A DNA stretch of 64,000 nt, from positions 1 through 64,000 of the forward strand of contig JBJTQJ010000004.1 in assembly GCA_046075565.1 (NCBI GenBank), read 5' to 3'. Made by a program: the position numbers and the translations under genes. The notes beneath the pieces were generated by a model. The model worked only from the letters and a program-made list of their open reading frames with translations. It was not told the origin of the DNA and searched no databases. This document shows, in pieces, positions 9,871 to 23,239 of this stretch. Each line of letters opens with the position of its first letter. The stretch's first letter is position 1. The DNA comes from Verrucomicrobiales bacterium (GTDB taxonomy: Bacteria > Verrucomicrobiota > Verrucomicrobiia > Verrucomicrobiales > SLCJ01).

Positions 9871-11361
9871 CTATTCCGGCCGCGTCTTGGTCGCTGACTG
9901 AATGGCAGCGAGGGTTTTGGCAAGTTGCCCGGCAAGTTCGGCGCGTTGACCAAACAGATTTTCCTTTTCTCCCGGGTCCTTGGAAAGATCGAACAATGCG
10001 GGTCGCGGTTTGGCTCCTGGTTTTTTCTGGCCGCCGCCTTTCCAGCCATCGGCAAAGGCGAGATCGGGCATGTATTTGAGGTTCGCGCTGCGGAGCGCGA
10101 GATGTCCGTTGCCGCTCATGACGACAAGGTGCTCGCGTTCAGGTGCGTTCTTCTCTCCGAGCATGCCGGGCAAAAGGTTGAAACTATCCGGCAGCGCTTG
10201 GGCGGGGATGTCCAACCCGGCGGCTGCGCAAATCGTGGCCGGAATGTCGAGCGTCGAAACAAGCTTGTCCGAAACACCGGGCGTGAGGCGAGCCGGCCAG
10301 CGGCAGATGAATGGCACACGATGACCGCCTTCCCAGAGCTGGGATTTCTCCCCGCTGTAGGGGCCGTTGGGCAGGTGACCCGGCTCCTTCTTCACGTAAG
10401 CGCCATTGTCGCTGCTGAAAATCACCAGCGTGTTCTTGGCCAATCCATGTTTATCCAGCGTGTCGAGAATCTGCCCCACCGACCAATCAAGCTCCATGAG
10501 CATGTCCGCGCGCATGCTCACGCCACTCTTGCCGACAAAACGCGGATGCGGAATGACCGGAGCATGCACGTCGTGGGGAGTGAAAAGCAGGAAAAAATTT
10601 TTGTCCTTGTTCCGTTCGATGAATTTCACGGATTCGCGGGTGAAGGTGTCGGCGAGTTCGGTGTCCTTCCACCACGCAGACTCGCCGCCTTTGGCATAGC
10701 CGATGCGATTACGTCCGGCAGCGAACTGCGTCAAACCCTTCGCCGTGGCTTCTTCTTTTTTGTAAGTGTATTCGATCGGATCCGAGGGATCGAGACCGAC
10801 GACCTTGTGGTCGCGGATCAAAACCGTGGGAATGCGGTCGTTGGTGGCGGGGAAGCCGAAATATTCGTGGAAGCCGATTTCCAGCGGACCGGGGCGGAGC
10901 TCGGCATTGTAATCGGGTTTCGTTTTCCCGAAACCGAGATGCCATTTGCCAATGACCGCCGTCCGATAACCATCGGCTTTCAGGAGGCCGGGAGCAGTTG
11001 GCATATCCGTCGGGATCAGCAATGGTGCTGCACCTTGAGCCACGCCTTTGTTGAGTCCCGAAACATCCCTCCTCCAGGAATACTGGCCGGTGAGCATGGA
11101 ATACCGGGTCGGAGTGCAGACGGCGGCCGAGGCATGTCCATCCAAGAACCTTTGTCCATCGCGGGCCAAACGGTCGAGGTTCGGGGTCGTGAATTTGCTC
11201 GCGCCATAACAACTCGGATCTCCCCAGCCCACGTCATCGGCAAGGATGACGACGATATTCGGCTTGGCTGTGGACGAATCCTCGGCGGTGGCGATGGGAC
11301 AGGCGGAAAAGGAGGCGGCCAAGACGAGGAGCAGCCGAAAAAGAGATTGGCGGGCAGGCAT
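9871..11361 (-). CDS. Secreted arylsulfatase (formylglycine-dependent S1 family)
   Basis: Signal peptide, PNIVVILADD, CTPTR, GKWHLG, SSDNG, EGGHRVP, LFDLSKDPGE. Confidence 0.95.
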   Translation of the reverse strand: MPARQSLFRLLLVLAASFSACPIATAEDSSTAKPNIVVILADDVGWGDPSCYGASKFTTPNLDRLARDGQRFLDGHASAAVCTPTRYSMLTGQYSWRRDVSGLNKGVAQGAAPLLIPTDMPTAPGLLKADGYRTAVIGKWHLGFGKTKPDYNAELRPGPLEIGFHEYFGFPATNDRIPTVLIRDHKVVGLDPSDPIEYTYKKEEATAKGLTQFAAGRNRIGYAKGGESAWWKDTELADTFTRESVKFIERNKDKNFFLLFTPHDVHAPVIPHPRFVGKSGVSMRADMLMELDWSVGQILDTLDKHGLAKNTLVIFSSDNGAYVKKEPGHLPNGPYSGEKSQLWEGGHRVPFICRWPARLTPGVSDKLVSTLDIPATICAAAGLDIPAQALPDSFNLLPGMLGEKNAPEREHLVVMSGNGHLALRSANLKYMPDLAFADGWKGGGQKKPGAKPRPALFDLSKDPGEKENLFGQRAELAGQLAKTLAAIQSATKTRPE

Positions 11362-11504
11362 GGTCGGGGAAATGGGAATTAGAGTTCGAGCTTAGTCGGA
11401 GCAACTGAGAAGGTCCAGCAAATGCGGGCCCAAAGCGGGGATTTCTAAAACGCGGGTCTGTCGAAAGCGGGACACGGGTCCTATCCGGACATCTCCATGA
11501 ACCC

Positions 11505-12788
11505 TCACCCGAGCCTTGAGCCAAGCCGCGGGTGGGCGGCCTGCTCCGAATTGTCTATTACCTTTTCCGACGTCGGATCCCATTTCAAAGGAGCCCCGCT
11601 ATCGATGGCGACGATGCCGAGCATGCCGAAGGAGGCGGAGCGGTGGGCCGCTTCTTCGGGGGCCGTCGTGGTCTGACGCGAGCGGATGCAGTTGATGAAA
11701 TCCTGGTGGTGATTTGTGATTTTCGGGTCGTAGCCCTCGGGAAGGCGGCGCAACAATTCCGGGTCGGAAGCCTTGATGGACCCACGATCCGCATGAATCC
11801 ATCCGTTTTCGCCGGTAAACTTCGTGCCCATGAAATTGCTGCGCACTTCAACAACGCGTCCGTCCTCGAAGGTGCCCTTGTATTCGTAATCGGTGTAAAC
11901 GTCGAAAAAGTCATGGGTCGATTTTTTGCCGGTTCCTTCGACCTTCACGGGTCCGGTACCATCGAGTTTGAGCGTCCAGAGCGCGATGTCCACATGATGG
12001 CCGACCCAGTCGAGCAATTGGCCGCCGCCGAAGGTGTTGTGCCAACGCCAGTTCCAAGGGTGCAGCAGCGGATGGTAGGGGAAATTCTTGACCGGACCGC
12101 ACCAGCCCGCCCAGTCGAGGTTTTCCGGCGACTTGCCAATGAGCCCGGCGACCTGATCATCGGGCACGTGCTTTTTGATGCTCATGCCCTTGGGGGTGCC
12201 GCATTCAAAACGCGAAAGCTTGCCGAGGGCATCATTCTGGATGAGGGCGCGGAAACGGCGGAACTCGCCCGTGGAGCGCTGCCAGCAACCGGTCTGCCAG
12301 ATTCGTTTATTTTTCTGGACCGCCTTTACCAATTCGCGGCCTTCGGCCAGCCCCCAGGTAAATGGTTTCTCACCATAGATGTCCATGCCGGCGTTCGCGG
12401 CGGCGATGCCAACCTCGGCGTGCTGGTGATCGGGCAAGCTGAGGCAAACCACATCAGGTCCGGTGACGGCAAGAAGGTCCTTGTAGTTTCCGAAAGCCTG
12501 GCAATCCTAGTTCTTGTATTTCGCATCCACTTTCGCTTTGGCGGCCGCCACCCGGTCTTTGTCCACATCGCAGACAGCCACCACGCGGACCCCGGGGATA
12601 TTGAGGAAGCTATTCATATTCCCCGTGCCCATGCCTCCCGTGCCGATGATACCCATGGTGATTTCGTCATTCGGGGAAGAACTTTGCCCCCTGACCCAGG
12701 CCATGGGCACCAGCCCGAGCGCGGAGACGGCAGCCCCCAAAAAACGACGGCGGTGGAGACGGGCAATAGGCTGGGAAGATTGGGCCAT
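11505..12788 (-). pseudogene. Tat-exported Gfo/Idh/MocA oxidoreductase with in-frame TAG at 12507-12509
   Basis: ORFs 12507-12839 and 11505-12452 share a frame; RRRFL Tat motif, GIIGTGGMG, AKYKN*DCQAF, GEKP, DWVGHHVD. Confidence 0.88.
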
Positions 12789-12979
12789 ATCCCGGTCGAT
12801 ACCCCTCCATTCCCCCATTTCTTGCGGAAAAATGGCCAAAATGCGCCGGAAAGGGAGAAAAAATGCGGGCGGCGCAATTTTTTTGGAGTCTTTTTGCCCC
12901 GGTTAGCGTTAGAGTCTTAGTCGGGCGGCATAGGCCGGCCACATTTGAAATCAATCAAACCACCACCCAAAACCATCCA

Positions 12980-13639
12980 ATGAAATTATTCACCAACCTG
13001 CTGTCCCTGCTCGGCGCGCTCGCCATCGCGGGGGGAACCTGCATTGCTGCGGACTGCGAAAAAGAATGTCCGAGCAAGAAGAAAGACAAGGAAGAACCCA
13101 CGCTGGCCGCCTGCAAGTGTGAACCCTGCAAGTGCACCGAGTGCAAGTGCGCGGAGAAAAAAGAAGGCGCCCTGATTGCCGAAGGCGACTGCAAAAAAGA
13201 ATGCCCCGGCAAGAAGAAAGAAGGCGAAGAAGAAGGTGAAGGCACCTTGATCGCCGATTGCGGCAAGTGCAAGGACAAGAAAAAAGAGGGTGAAGAAGGT
13301 GAAGGCGAAAAGAAAGAAGGCGAAACCGCCCTCATCGCTGGCAGCTGCAAAGACGGTTGCAAGGACAAGAAAAAAGAAGGTGAAGAAGCCGAAGGCGAAG
13401 GCACCCTGATTGCCGAAGGCGACTGCAAAAAAGAATGCCCCGGCAAGAAGAAGGAAGGCGAAGAAGGTGAAGGCACGCTCGTCGCTGGTAGCTGCAAAGA
13501 CGGTTGCAAGGACAAGAAAAAAGAAGGTGAAGAAGCCGAAGGCGAAGGCACCCTGATCGCCGACAACTGCAAAGACGGTTGCAAGGACAAGAAGAAAGAA
13601 GGCGAAGAAGGCGAAGGCGGAGAGCTTCTCGCTGCCTAA
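12980..13639 (+). CDS. Secreted Cys-rich modular repeat protein (219 aa, 8 modules)
   Basis: Signal peptide MKLFTNLLSLLGALAIAGGTCIAA; modules [C-x2/3-C]-K-rich-(E/G)n-(T/A)L(I/V/A)A; strongly biased codon usage; own terminator. Confidence 0.85.
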   Translation: MKLFTNLLSLLGALAIAGGTCIAADCEKECPSKKKDKEEPTLAACKCEPCKCTECKCAEKKEGALIAEGDCKKECPGKKKEGEEEGEGTLIADCGKCKDKKKEGEEGEGEKKEGETALIAGSCKDGCKDKKKEGEEAEGEGTLIAEGDCKKECPGKKKEGEEGEGTLVAGSCKDGCKDKKKEGEEAEGEGTLIADNCKDGCKDKKKEGEEGEGGELLAA

Positions 13640-13665
13640 TCTGAACATCGGTTTTACGCCGACCC

Positions 13666-13706
13666 AAGCGACCGCGATGGCCTCCATCGCGGTCGTTTTC
13701 TTTTTT
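13666..13706 (+). terminator. Rho-independent terminator
   Basis: GCGACCGCGATGG-cct-CCATCGCGGTCGT followed by a T-rich tract. Confidence 0.85.
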
Positions 13707-13747
13707 CCCCGTGGACGAGCCGCCTGCTCAAGGGCAAGTTTGTCCTA

Positions 13748-15277
13748 ATGTCCCGCCATCTGAAGTTCTTCAGCCTCCTCCTGCTCCTGATCGCAGGCAC
13801 GGCGGTCCTTTCATTGTGGTCGGATTTTCCCTATTTCTACCACACGGACGAGCCGGGCAAGTCGCGGCAGATCATCGAAGGATCCCGCAATCTGCATCAT
13901 CCCCCTCTCATGCTGGAGTCGGCGAATGTCCTGGTGCGGGTGCTCGGGCGTCCGTTGGAATCGCAATCGGTGACGGAGACCGGTCGTCTGCTTTCAGCCC
14001 TGTTCTGCGCTTCGGCGGCCGCCTTGCTTGTGCTGACTTGGTCAAGATTCCGCCCTTGGCCGGAGGCTATGCTGGCCGGCGTGTTGTTGCTTCTCCAACC
14101 CGACGTGCAAGAATACGCCCGCTTTTTCAAAGAGGACCCATCTTTGATGTTCGGATGGGCCGCCGTGTTCGCCGCCATGGCTTTCGTCGAGAAACGACCG
14201 GATCGCTGGAGTTGTATGGCTCTCGGCGCGGCCGTTGCCATCGCGGCTTCAGCCAAATATGTGGGAATTATCATGGTCATTCCCGCCGCATGGATCTTAT
14301 TCGTCACCGCTCGCCAACGGAGTAATGAGGCCGCATTTTCACCCTCGAAAGAATTTTATCTACCCGCCGTGGTGGTTTTCCTTGTCCTCCTCGCCGCCAT
14401 CAATCATCGGCTGTGGTTGGATCCTGCCACATTCAGGGCGTCACTAGGCAAAGAGACGACACTTGTTCTCGAAGGTCAGGGAAGTGTCACCAAATCCTTG
14501 CCTCACGGTGGATTCTTCGAGCGCCTGTTGAATCGTTCGGTCCATCTGCTGCCATTTGTGGCATTGGGCTGGTGGACAACCTGGAAACAACGTCGGGAAC
14601 TTTCATCGACCATTGTCCTACTCGTTCTCTCTCCTTGGGCGCTGGCCCTCATGCTGGCGTTTTCCGCGAAAGACTCCGGCCGGTATTTCATGCCGGGCAC
14701 TCTGGGTCTGGTGGCGGCATCCACCTTGGGTGTGAGTGCGCTTTGCAATTTGGCAAAGTCCACGAAAGTCCAAACCCGCGTCGCCTTAACTTGCACGCTG
14801 ATTGTCCTCGGCGGTAGTGTCGCCCGTTGCTGGGATTATTTCCGGGGATTTCAATCCGATGCCCGCAAGGAAATGCTCGTTTGGATTTCAGAAAACCTGC
14901 CACCCGGATCCCATGTCCTGCAGGGCAGGAAAGTCACCTTGCCCGATTCCTCAGGTCAGTATGCCGATGCCTGGCACATTCAATTGCCCGGGCACATCCG
15001 CCTCGACACTTGCAAATTGGTGTCATCGTTGGTGAGCAGCCCGGCCGAGGCACGCGCGCGAGGATTCACCCACATCGCGTTGTCCGGGGATGAGTATGAT
15101 GTTTACCTCGGCGATAACAAAGCGAAGGCCTCGAAAGCGGACGATTTCGCCCGGCGCCGGGACTTTTATCAGACCCTCTTCCGTGACGGGAAAATCATCT
15201 GGGATCGCCCTTCGGGGAAAGTTGGAACCCACCAACCACCGCTGCGCCTGATCGAGTTACCGCCCGCTCCTCCTTGA
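13748..15277 (+). CDS. GT-C fold membrane glycosyltransferase (ArnT/PMT-like)
   Basis: HTDEP after TM1, HPPL, many TM helices, ASAKY, GRYFMP, soluble C-terminal domain. Confidence 0.75.
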   Translation: MSRHLKFFSLLLLLIAGTAVLSLWSDFPYFYHTDEPGKSRQIIEGSRNLHHPPLMLESANVLVRVLGRPLESQSVTETGRLLSALFCASAAALLVLTWSRFRPWPEAMLAGVLLLLQPDVQEYARFFKEDPSLMFGWAAVFAAMAFVEKRPDRWSCMALGAAVAIAASAKYVGIIMVIPAAWILFVTARQRSNEAAFSPSKEFYLPAVVVFLVLLAAINHRLWLDPATFRASLGKETTLVLEGQGSVTKSLPHGGFFERLLNRSVHLLPFVALGWWTTWKQRRELSSTIVLLVLSPWALALMLAFSAKDSGRYFMPGTLGLVAASTLGVSALCNLAKSTKVQTRVALTCTLIVLGGSVARCWDYFRGFQSDARKEMLVWISENLPPGSHVLQGRKVTLPDSSGQYADAWHIQLPGHIRLDTCKLVSSLVSSPAEARARGFTHIALSGDEYDVYLGDNKAKASKADDFARRRDFYQTLFRDGKIIWDRPSGKVGTHQPPLRLIELPPAPP

Positions 15278-15284
15278 GAATATA

Positions 15285-15620
15285 TCAAGCCGCGTGGCCG
15301 CCACCGATCTCACGCAGCCTGCGCTCCATAAAAAACGGTCCTGTAGGCAACAGGGCGGCGACCATAACCCAGAAAGCCGTCCAAAATCCAAAGACGCGGG
15401 TCCGCCATGCGAGAATGGTTTGCAATCCAAGCGCGATGAAAAGCAACCCATGGGCCCAACCGAACCACTTCACGAAGATCGGATCTCCGTAGATGTATTT
15501 CATCGGCATCGCAAAAAGCATGAGCACGATAAAGGATATGCCTTCGATGGCTCCGAGCACCCGGACTCCCATAAGGACACCGCTGGCGTTTGTAGCGATT
15601 GCATTCTCTTTCCCGGACAT
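15285..15620 (-). CDS. DUF3817 family small membrane protein
   Basis: EGISFIVLMLFAMPMKY, GWAHGLLF, ALLPTGPFFME. Confidence 0.85.
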   Translation of the reverse strand: MSGKENAIATNASGVLMGVRVLGAIEGISFIVLMLFAMPMKYIYGDPIFVKWFGWAHGLLFIALGLQTILAWRTRVFGFWTAFWVMVAALLPTGPFFMERRLREIGGGHAA

Positions 15621-15785
15621 GGCGCGCCACTGAACCACCATCGCGACAATCCTGCAAGAAAGATCAGAACGGCGAAAACTGCAGTGAAACATGTGGATCA
15701 ATCGATCAGAACACGAGTTTGGTGCGTCGCACCGAAGTTGACGACGATAAGATTCCGGAACAGTACGATGCTGCTTTTCGGGCAC

Positions 15786-15822
15786 AAAAAAGCCCGCCAC
15801 TCCCTTTAGGGGAATGGCGGGC
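15786..15822 (-). terminator. rrn operon terminator
   Basis: Minus strand GCCCGCCATTCCCC-TAA-AGGGAGTGGCGGGC-TTTTTT just after 5S. Confidence 0.85.
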
Positions 15823-15827
15823 ACAAG

Positions 15828-15944
15828 TCCTGGCAACGACCTACTCTCGCAAGACCTATCGTCTTACTACCATTGGCGCGGCAGTGTTTCACTTCCGGGT
15901 TCGGAATGGAGCCGGGTGGGACCACTGCGCTCTGGTCACCAGGA
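15828..15944 (-). rRNA. rrf: 5S rRNA
   Basis: CCTGGTGACC...CCATTCCGAACCCGGAAGTGAA...GAGAGTAGGTCGTTGCCAGG. Confidence 0.95.
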
Positions 15945-16171
15945 GTCTGGAGCCTTCGGCCGCACGCTTTTTGAGCGGGCGGCGGGGCTCCAGGGATCCT
16001 GAGGACCGAATGAACGGGCCTGGGGACTTGGAAAAGAGCGCGCGGCAAGCGGGGCACGGTTCTTTGTGGGAACTGTTTAGCCCAGCGGGTCGCTGGCATC
16101 TGCACACAGGAATGGAAAATTTGCAGTCAGGCGACCATCTGTCGCTCTGCGAAGCCAAAGTGAATTGGCAT

Positions 16172-18996
<2,825 letters not shown>

Positions 18997-19179
18997 ATGT
19001 TAAAATGAGTTTGTTCCGGCCCCGGAGGGCCGGCAAGCGTCATTACAAATTTTCGCCGTATTCACTAAGATCGCAGAGCAGATTTTCTCGCATGAAACTG
19101 CAATTTTTCTACCCTGTGTGCAGATGTCAAAGACCATTGGATTCGACTTGCTTGGGAGACGGAAGCTTCCTGAAAAGAA

Positions 19180-19256
19180 TGGTGGGCCAGACTGGACTTG
19201 AACCAGTGACCCCGCGCTTATCAAGCGCGTGCTCTAACCAACTGAGCTACAGGCCC
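19180..19256 (-). tRNA. tRNA-Ile(GAT)
   Basis: GGGCCTGTAGCTCAG...TTGATAA...GGTTCAAGTCC...GGCCCACCA. Confidence 0.97.
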
Positions 19257-19303
19257 TTTTGGAATTCAAACTTCAAATACGGGATTTGAAATTCTACAGA
19301 TGG

Positions 19304-19379
19304 TGGTGGAGGCAACCGGATTCGAACCGGTGACCTTCTGCGTGCAAAACAGACGCTCTACCAACTGAGCTATACCCCC
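19304..19379 (-). tRNA. tRNA-Ala(TGC)
   Basis: GGGGGTATAGCTCAG...TTTGCAC...GCCTCCACCA with the G3:U70 pair. Confidence 0.97.
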
Positions 19380-19604
19380 TCATTCCGGGAATGCTTTGAT
19401 GTCTCAGGAAAAGAAAAGCTGAAAAGTGCGCCGCGCGGAATCGCGCGCGAATGTGTTTATAGTTGTGAGTGGTCCGGCCTCGCGGCTCGGACGAACCCCG
19501 GTTCCGCCGAAGCGGTTCCGTTTTCGATCGGCTTGCGCCGACCGGTGGTTCCTAGACCTTGTTGCCGATATGATCGCTGTGAGACGACCGGCAACATGAC
19601 TCCA

Positions 19605-21168
<1,564 letters not shown>

Positions 21169-21417
21169 ATGATAACGGTTTCGGCATTAAGCCGAAAATG
21201 TTACCGATCCATAACCGCCTGTGACGGTCGGCCATGGACCTCGCGCGCTTTCCAGCGCGCGACGCACTTTCCAACTTTTCTTTTCCAACCCGCGCTTTGT
21301 GGCGCGAGTCCTGCTTGTCAAAGATCCTAATTCGCGGGGACTAAAAATCCGGCTGTCTTTTAGGGCAGCCGGCTTTCCGTCTTGCTCGCGTCCGGCTCGT
21401 TTCGGCCGGTGAAGGTT

Positions 21418-21445
21418 ACTCTACACGGCCAGTAAAAGCGTGCAA
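21418..21445 (-). promoter_or_regulatory. Putative sigma70 rrn promoter
   Basis: TTGCAC-N16-TAGAGT with upstream A/T tracts (UP-element-like); boxA-like GATCTTTGACAA downstream. Confidence 0.65.
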
Positions 21446-21631
21446 GGCTTTTTTGCAAAAAAAAGCACCGAACCGCATTTTTTTCTTTTCACCCCCCACC
21501 GAAAGCCGCTAAAAGAACTTTCCCCCGCGGCCCGCGGGCCTGGAATTTTGTCACTGCGGGATGAGGGCATGGCGGTTGAATGTCGGCAGGTCTCAGGTGC
21601 CGGAGCGGCTTTGTTCCTTGTATTTATTGGC

Positions 21632-22369
21632 CTAACAAGCGGGATACACCACTCCGTCGACCGCCTTTTCCTCGCGCATTTTTCCATCCATCATCACGAG
21701 TCGACGGTCAGCGGTTGCAGCAACACTCTCGCTGTGGGTCACGAGCACGAGGGTGGATTTTTGATCCTGATGCACCTTCCGGAACAGCTCCAGCACACGT
21801 TCCGTCGCCGCCGAATCAAGGTTTCCCGTGGGTTCATCGGCGATGATGAGCCCCGGCTGGTGAATGAGGGCCCGCGCAACGGCTGCGCGCTGCATTTCTC
21901 CACCGCTCAACTGGTGGGGAAAATGCCCCCGTCGACCGTCCAGACCGACAAAATCAAGGAGCAGCCGGGCTTTTTCCCGCCTCTCCATGTAACCGATGCC
22001 TTGCAGGCGCAGAGGTAGCGCGACATTCTCCTCCAGGCTGAGCCCGGGCAGGAGGTTGAAGAATTGGAATACGATGCCGACCTCGCTGCGCCGGTAACGG
22101 GTCCTTTCCGCTTCGCTCGCGGAGGTCAAATCCGTTTTTCCGACCCGTAATTGGCCGGAATCCGGGGTATCCAGCGCGGCAAGCAGATTGAGCAAGGTGC
22201 TTTTCCCACAGCCGCTCGGCCCGGTGATAGCCACGAATTCCCCCTGTTTGATGCGGAAAGACACCTTGTCCAAGGCGGAGACCGAGCGCTCGGGGCCTCC
22301 GGAATAGTACCGGGAGAGGTCGGTTGCTTCCACAAGGGCGGTATCAGGAAGTATCATGGTCTGTATCAT
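21632..22369 (-). CDS. ABC transporter ATP-binding protein (LolD/MacB-like)
   Basis: GPSGCGKST, VFQFFNL, LSGGEMQR, IIADEPTGNLD, LVTH; start 22369 or 22357. Confidence 0.93.
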   Translation of the reverse strand: MIQTMILPDTALVEATDLSRYYSGGPERSVSALDKVSFRIKQGEFVAITGPSGCGKSTLLNLLAALDTPDSGQLRVGKTDLTSASEAERTRYRRSEVGIVFQFFNLLPGLSLEENVALPLRLQGIGYMERREKARLLLDFVGLDGRRGHFPHQLSGGEMQRAAVARALIHQPGLIIADEPTGNLDSAATERVLELFRKVHQDQKSTLVLVTHSESVAATADRRLVMMDGKMREEKAVDGVVYPAC

Positions 22370-22462
22370 TACGCTGGTAGAAGATTGCGGGTGGATGGAA
22401 TTCGCCGGTTGCTCCAGAGCTTGCCGCAGGCAGTGCCCGGGCGCATGGTGGGGATGCTTCAA

Positions 22463-23215
22463 ATGAACGGACGCAAGATGGATGAGATGCCGATCGAGTT
22501 CGACATCCTGTATGAGGATGCCGAACTCCTGATCGTGGACAAGCCGGCCCACTTGCTCGTTCATCCGAGCAAGCCGGATGGGCCGCCCACGCTATGGCAC
22601 GGCCTGCGCGCCCTGCTCGCTTACGAACTCGCCACCGGCGGACAGATATCGATTGTGAACCGCCTCGATCGGGAGACCAGCGGAGTGACTGTTGTGGCGA
22701 AGTCGGCGGTGGCCGCGCGGAGGCTCGGTCGCGCCATGATGCGGCGGGAAATCCACAAGGAATATCTGGCCATCGCGCGCGGTTGGCCGGAAGAAGATGA
22801 ATTCACCGTCGATGTTCCCATTCTGCGAGCTGGCGAAGTAGACACCAGTGCTGTCTATGTGAAACAATTGGCGCATGCGCAAGGGCGGCCTTGCCGCACG
22901 GTGGTGAAGGTGGAGAAACGCTGGTCGCGCGAGGGCTCGCCCTTCTGTTTGGCGCGGGCTTTCCCGGAGACCGGGCGTATGCATCAAATCCGCGTTCACC
23001 TGGCCCATGCAGGACACCCGTTGGTCGGTGACAAGATTTACACGAATGATGGAGCCGATTATCTCGAGTTTCTCGAGACAGGCTGGACACCGGCTCTGGC
23101 CGAACGATTGCTCCTGGACCGGCATGCCTTACACAGCGCCGCCATCATCATCGATGGAGACAGATGGGAATGCCCGCTGCCCAAAGACATGCGGGAATGG
23201 ATGCAAAGCGATTGA
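22463..23215 (+). CDS. RluA family pseudouridine synthase
   Basis: VDKPAHLLVHP, NRLDRETSG, TGRMHQIRVH, GDKIY; start approximate. Confidence 0.93.
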   Translation: MNGRKMDEMPIEFDILYEDAELLIVDKPAHLLVHPSKPDGPPTLWHGLRALLAYELATGGQISIVNRLDRETSGVTVVAKSAVAARRLGRAMMRREIHKEYLAIARGWPEEDEFTVDVPILRAGEVDTSAVYVKQLAHAQGRPCRTVVKVEKRWSREGSPFCLARAFPETGRMHQIRVHLAHAGHPLVGDKIYTNDGADYLEFLETGWTPALAERLLLDRHALHSAAIIIDGDRWECPLPKDMREWMQSD

Positions 23216-23239
23216 TGGCCGTCGTCGGCCCACACCGAA

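Noticed and set aside
13170-13620. CRISPR array
   Set aside because: Repeats are in-frame coding modules with synonymous variation; no unique spacers or cas genes.
12955-13687. Antisense Ser/Phe-rich repeat ORFs
   Set aside because: Shadow of the GAA/AAG-rich plus-strand gene, which has a signal peptide and terminator.
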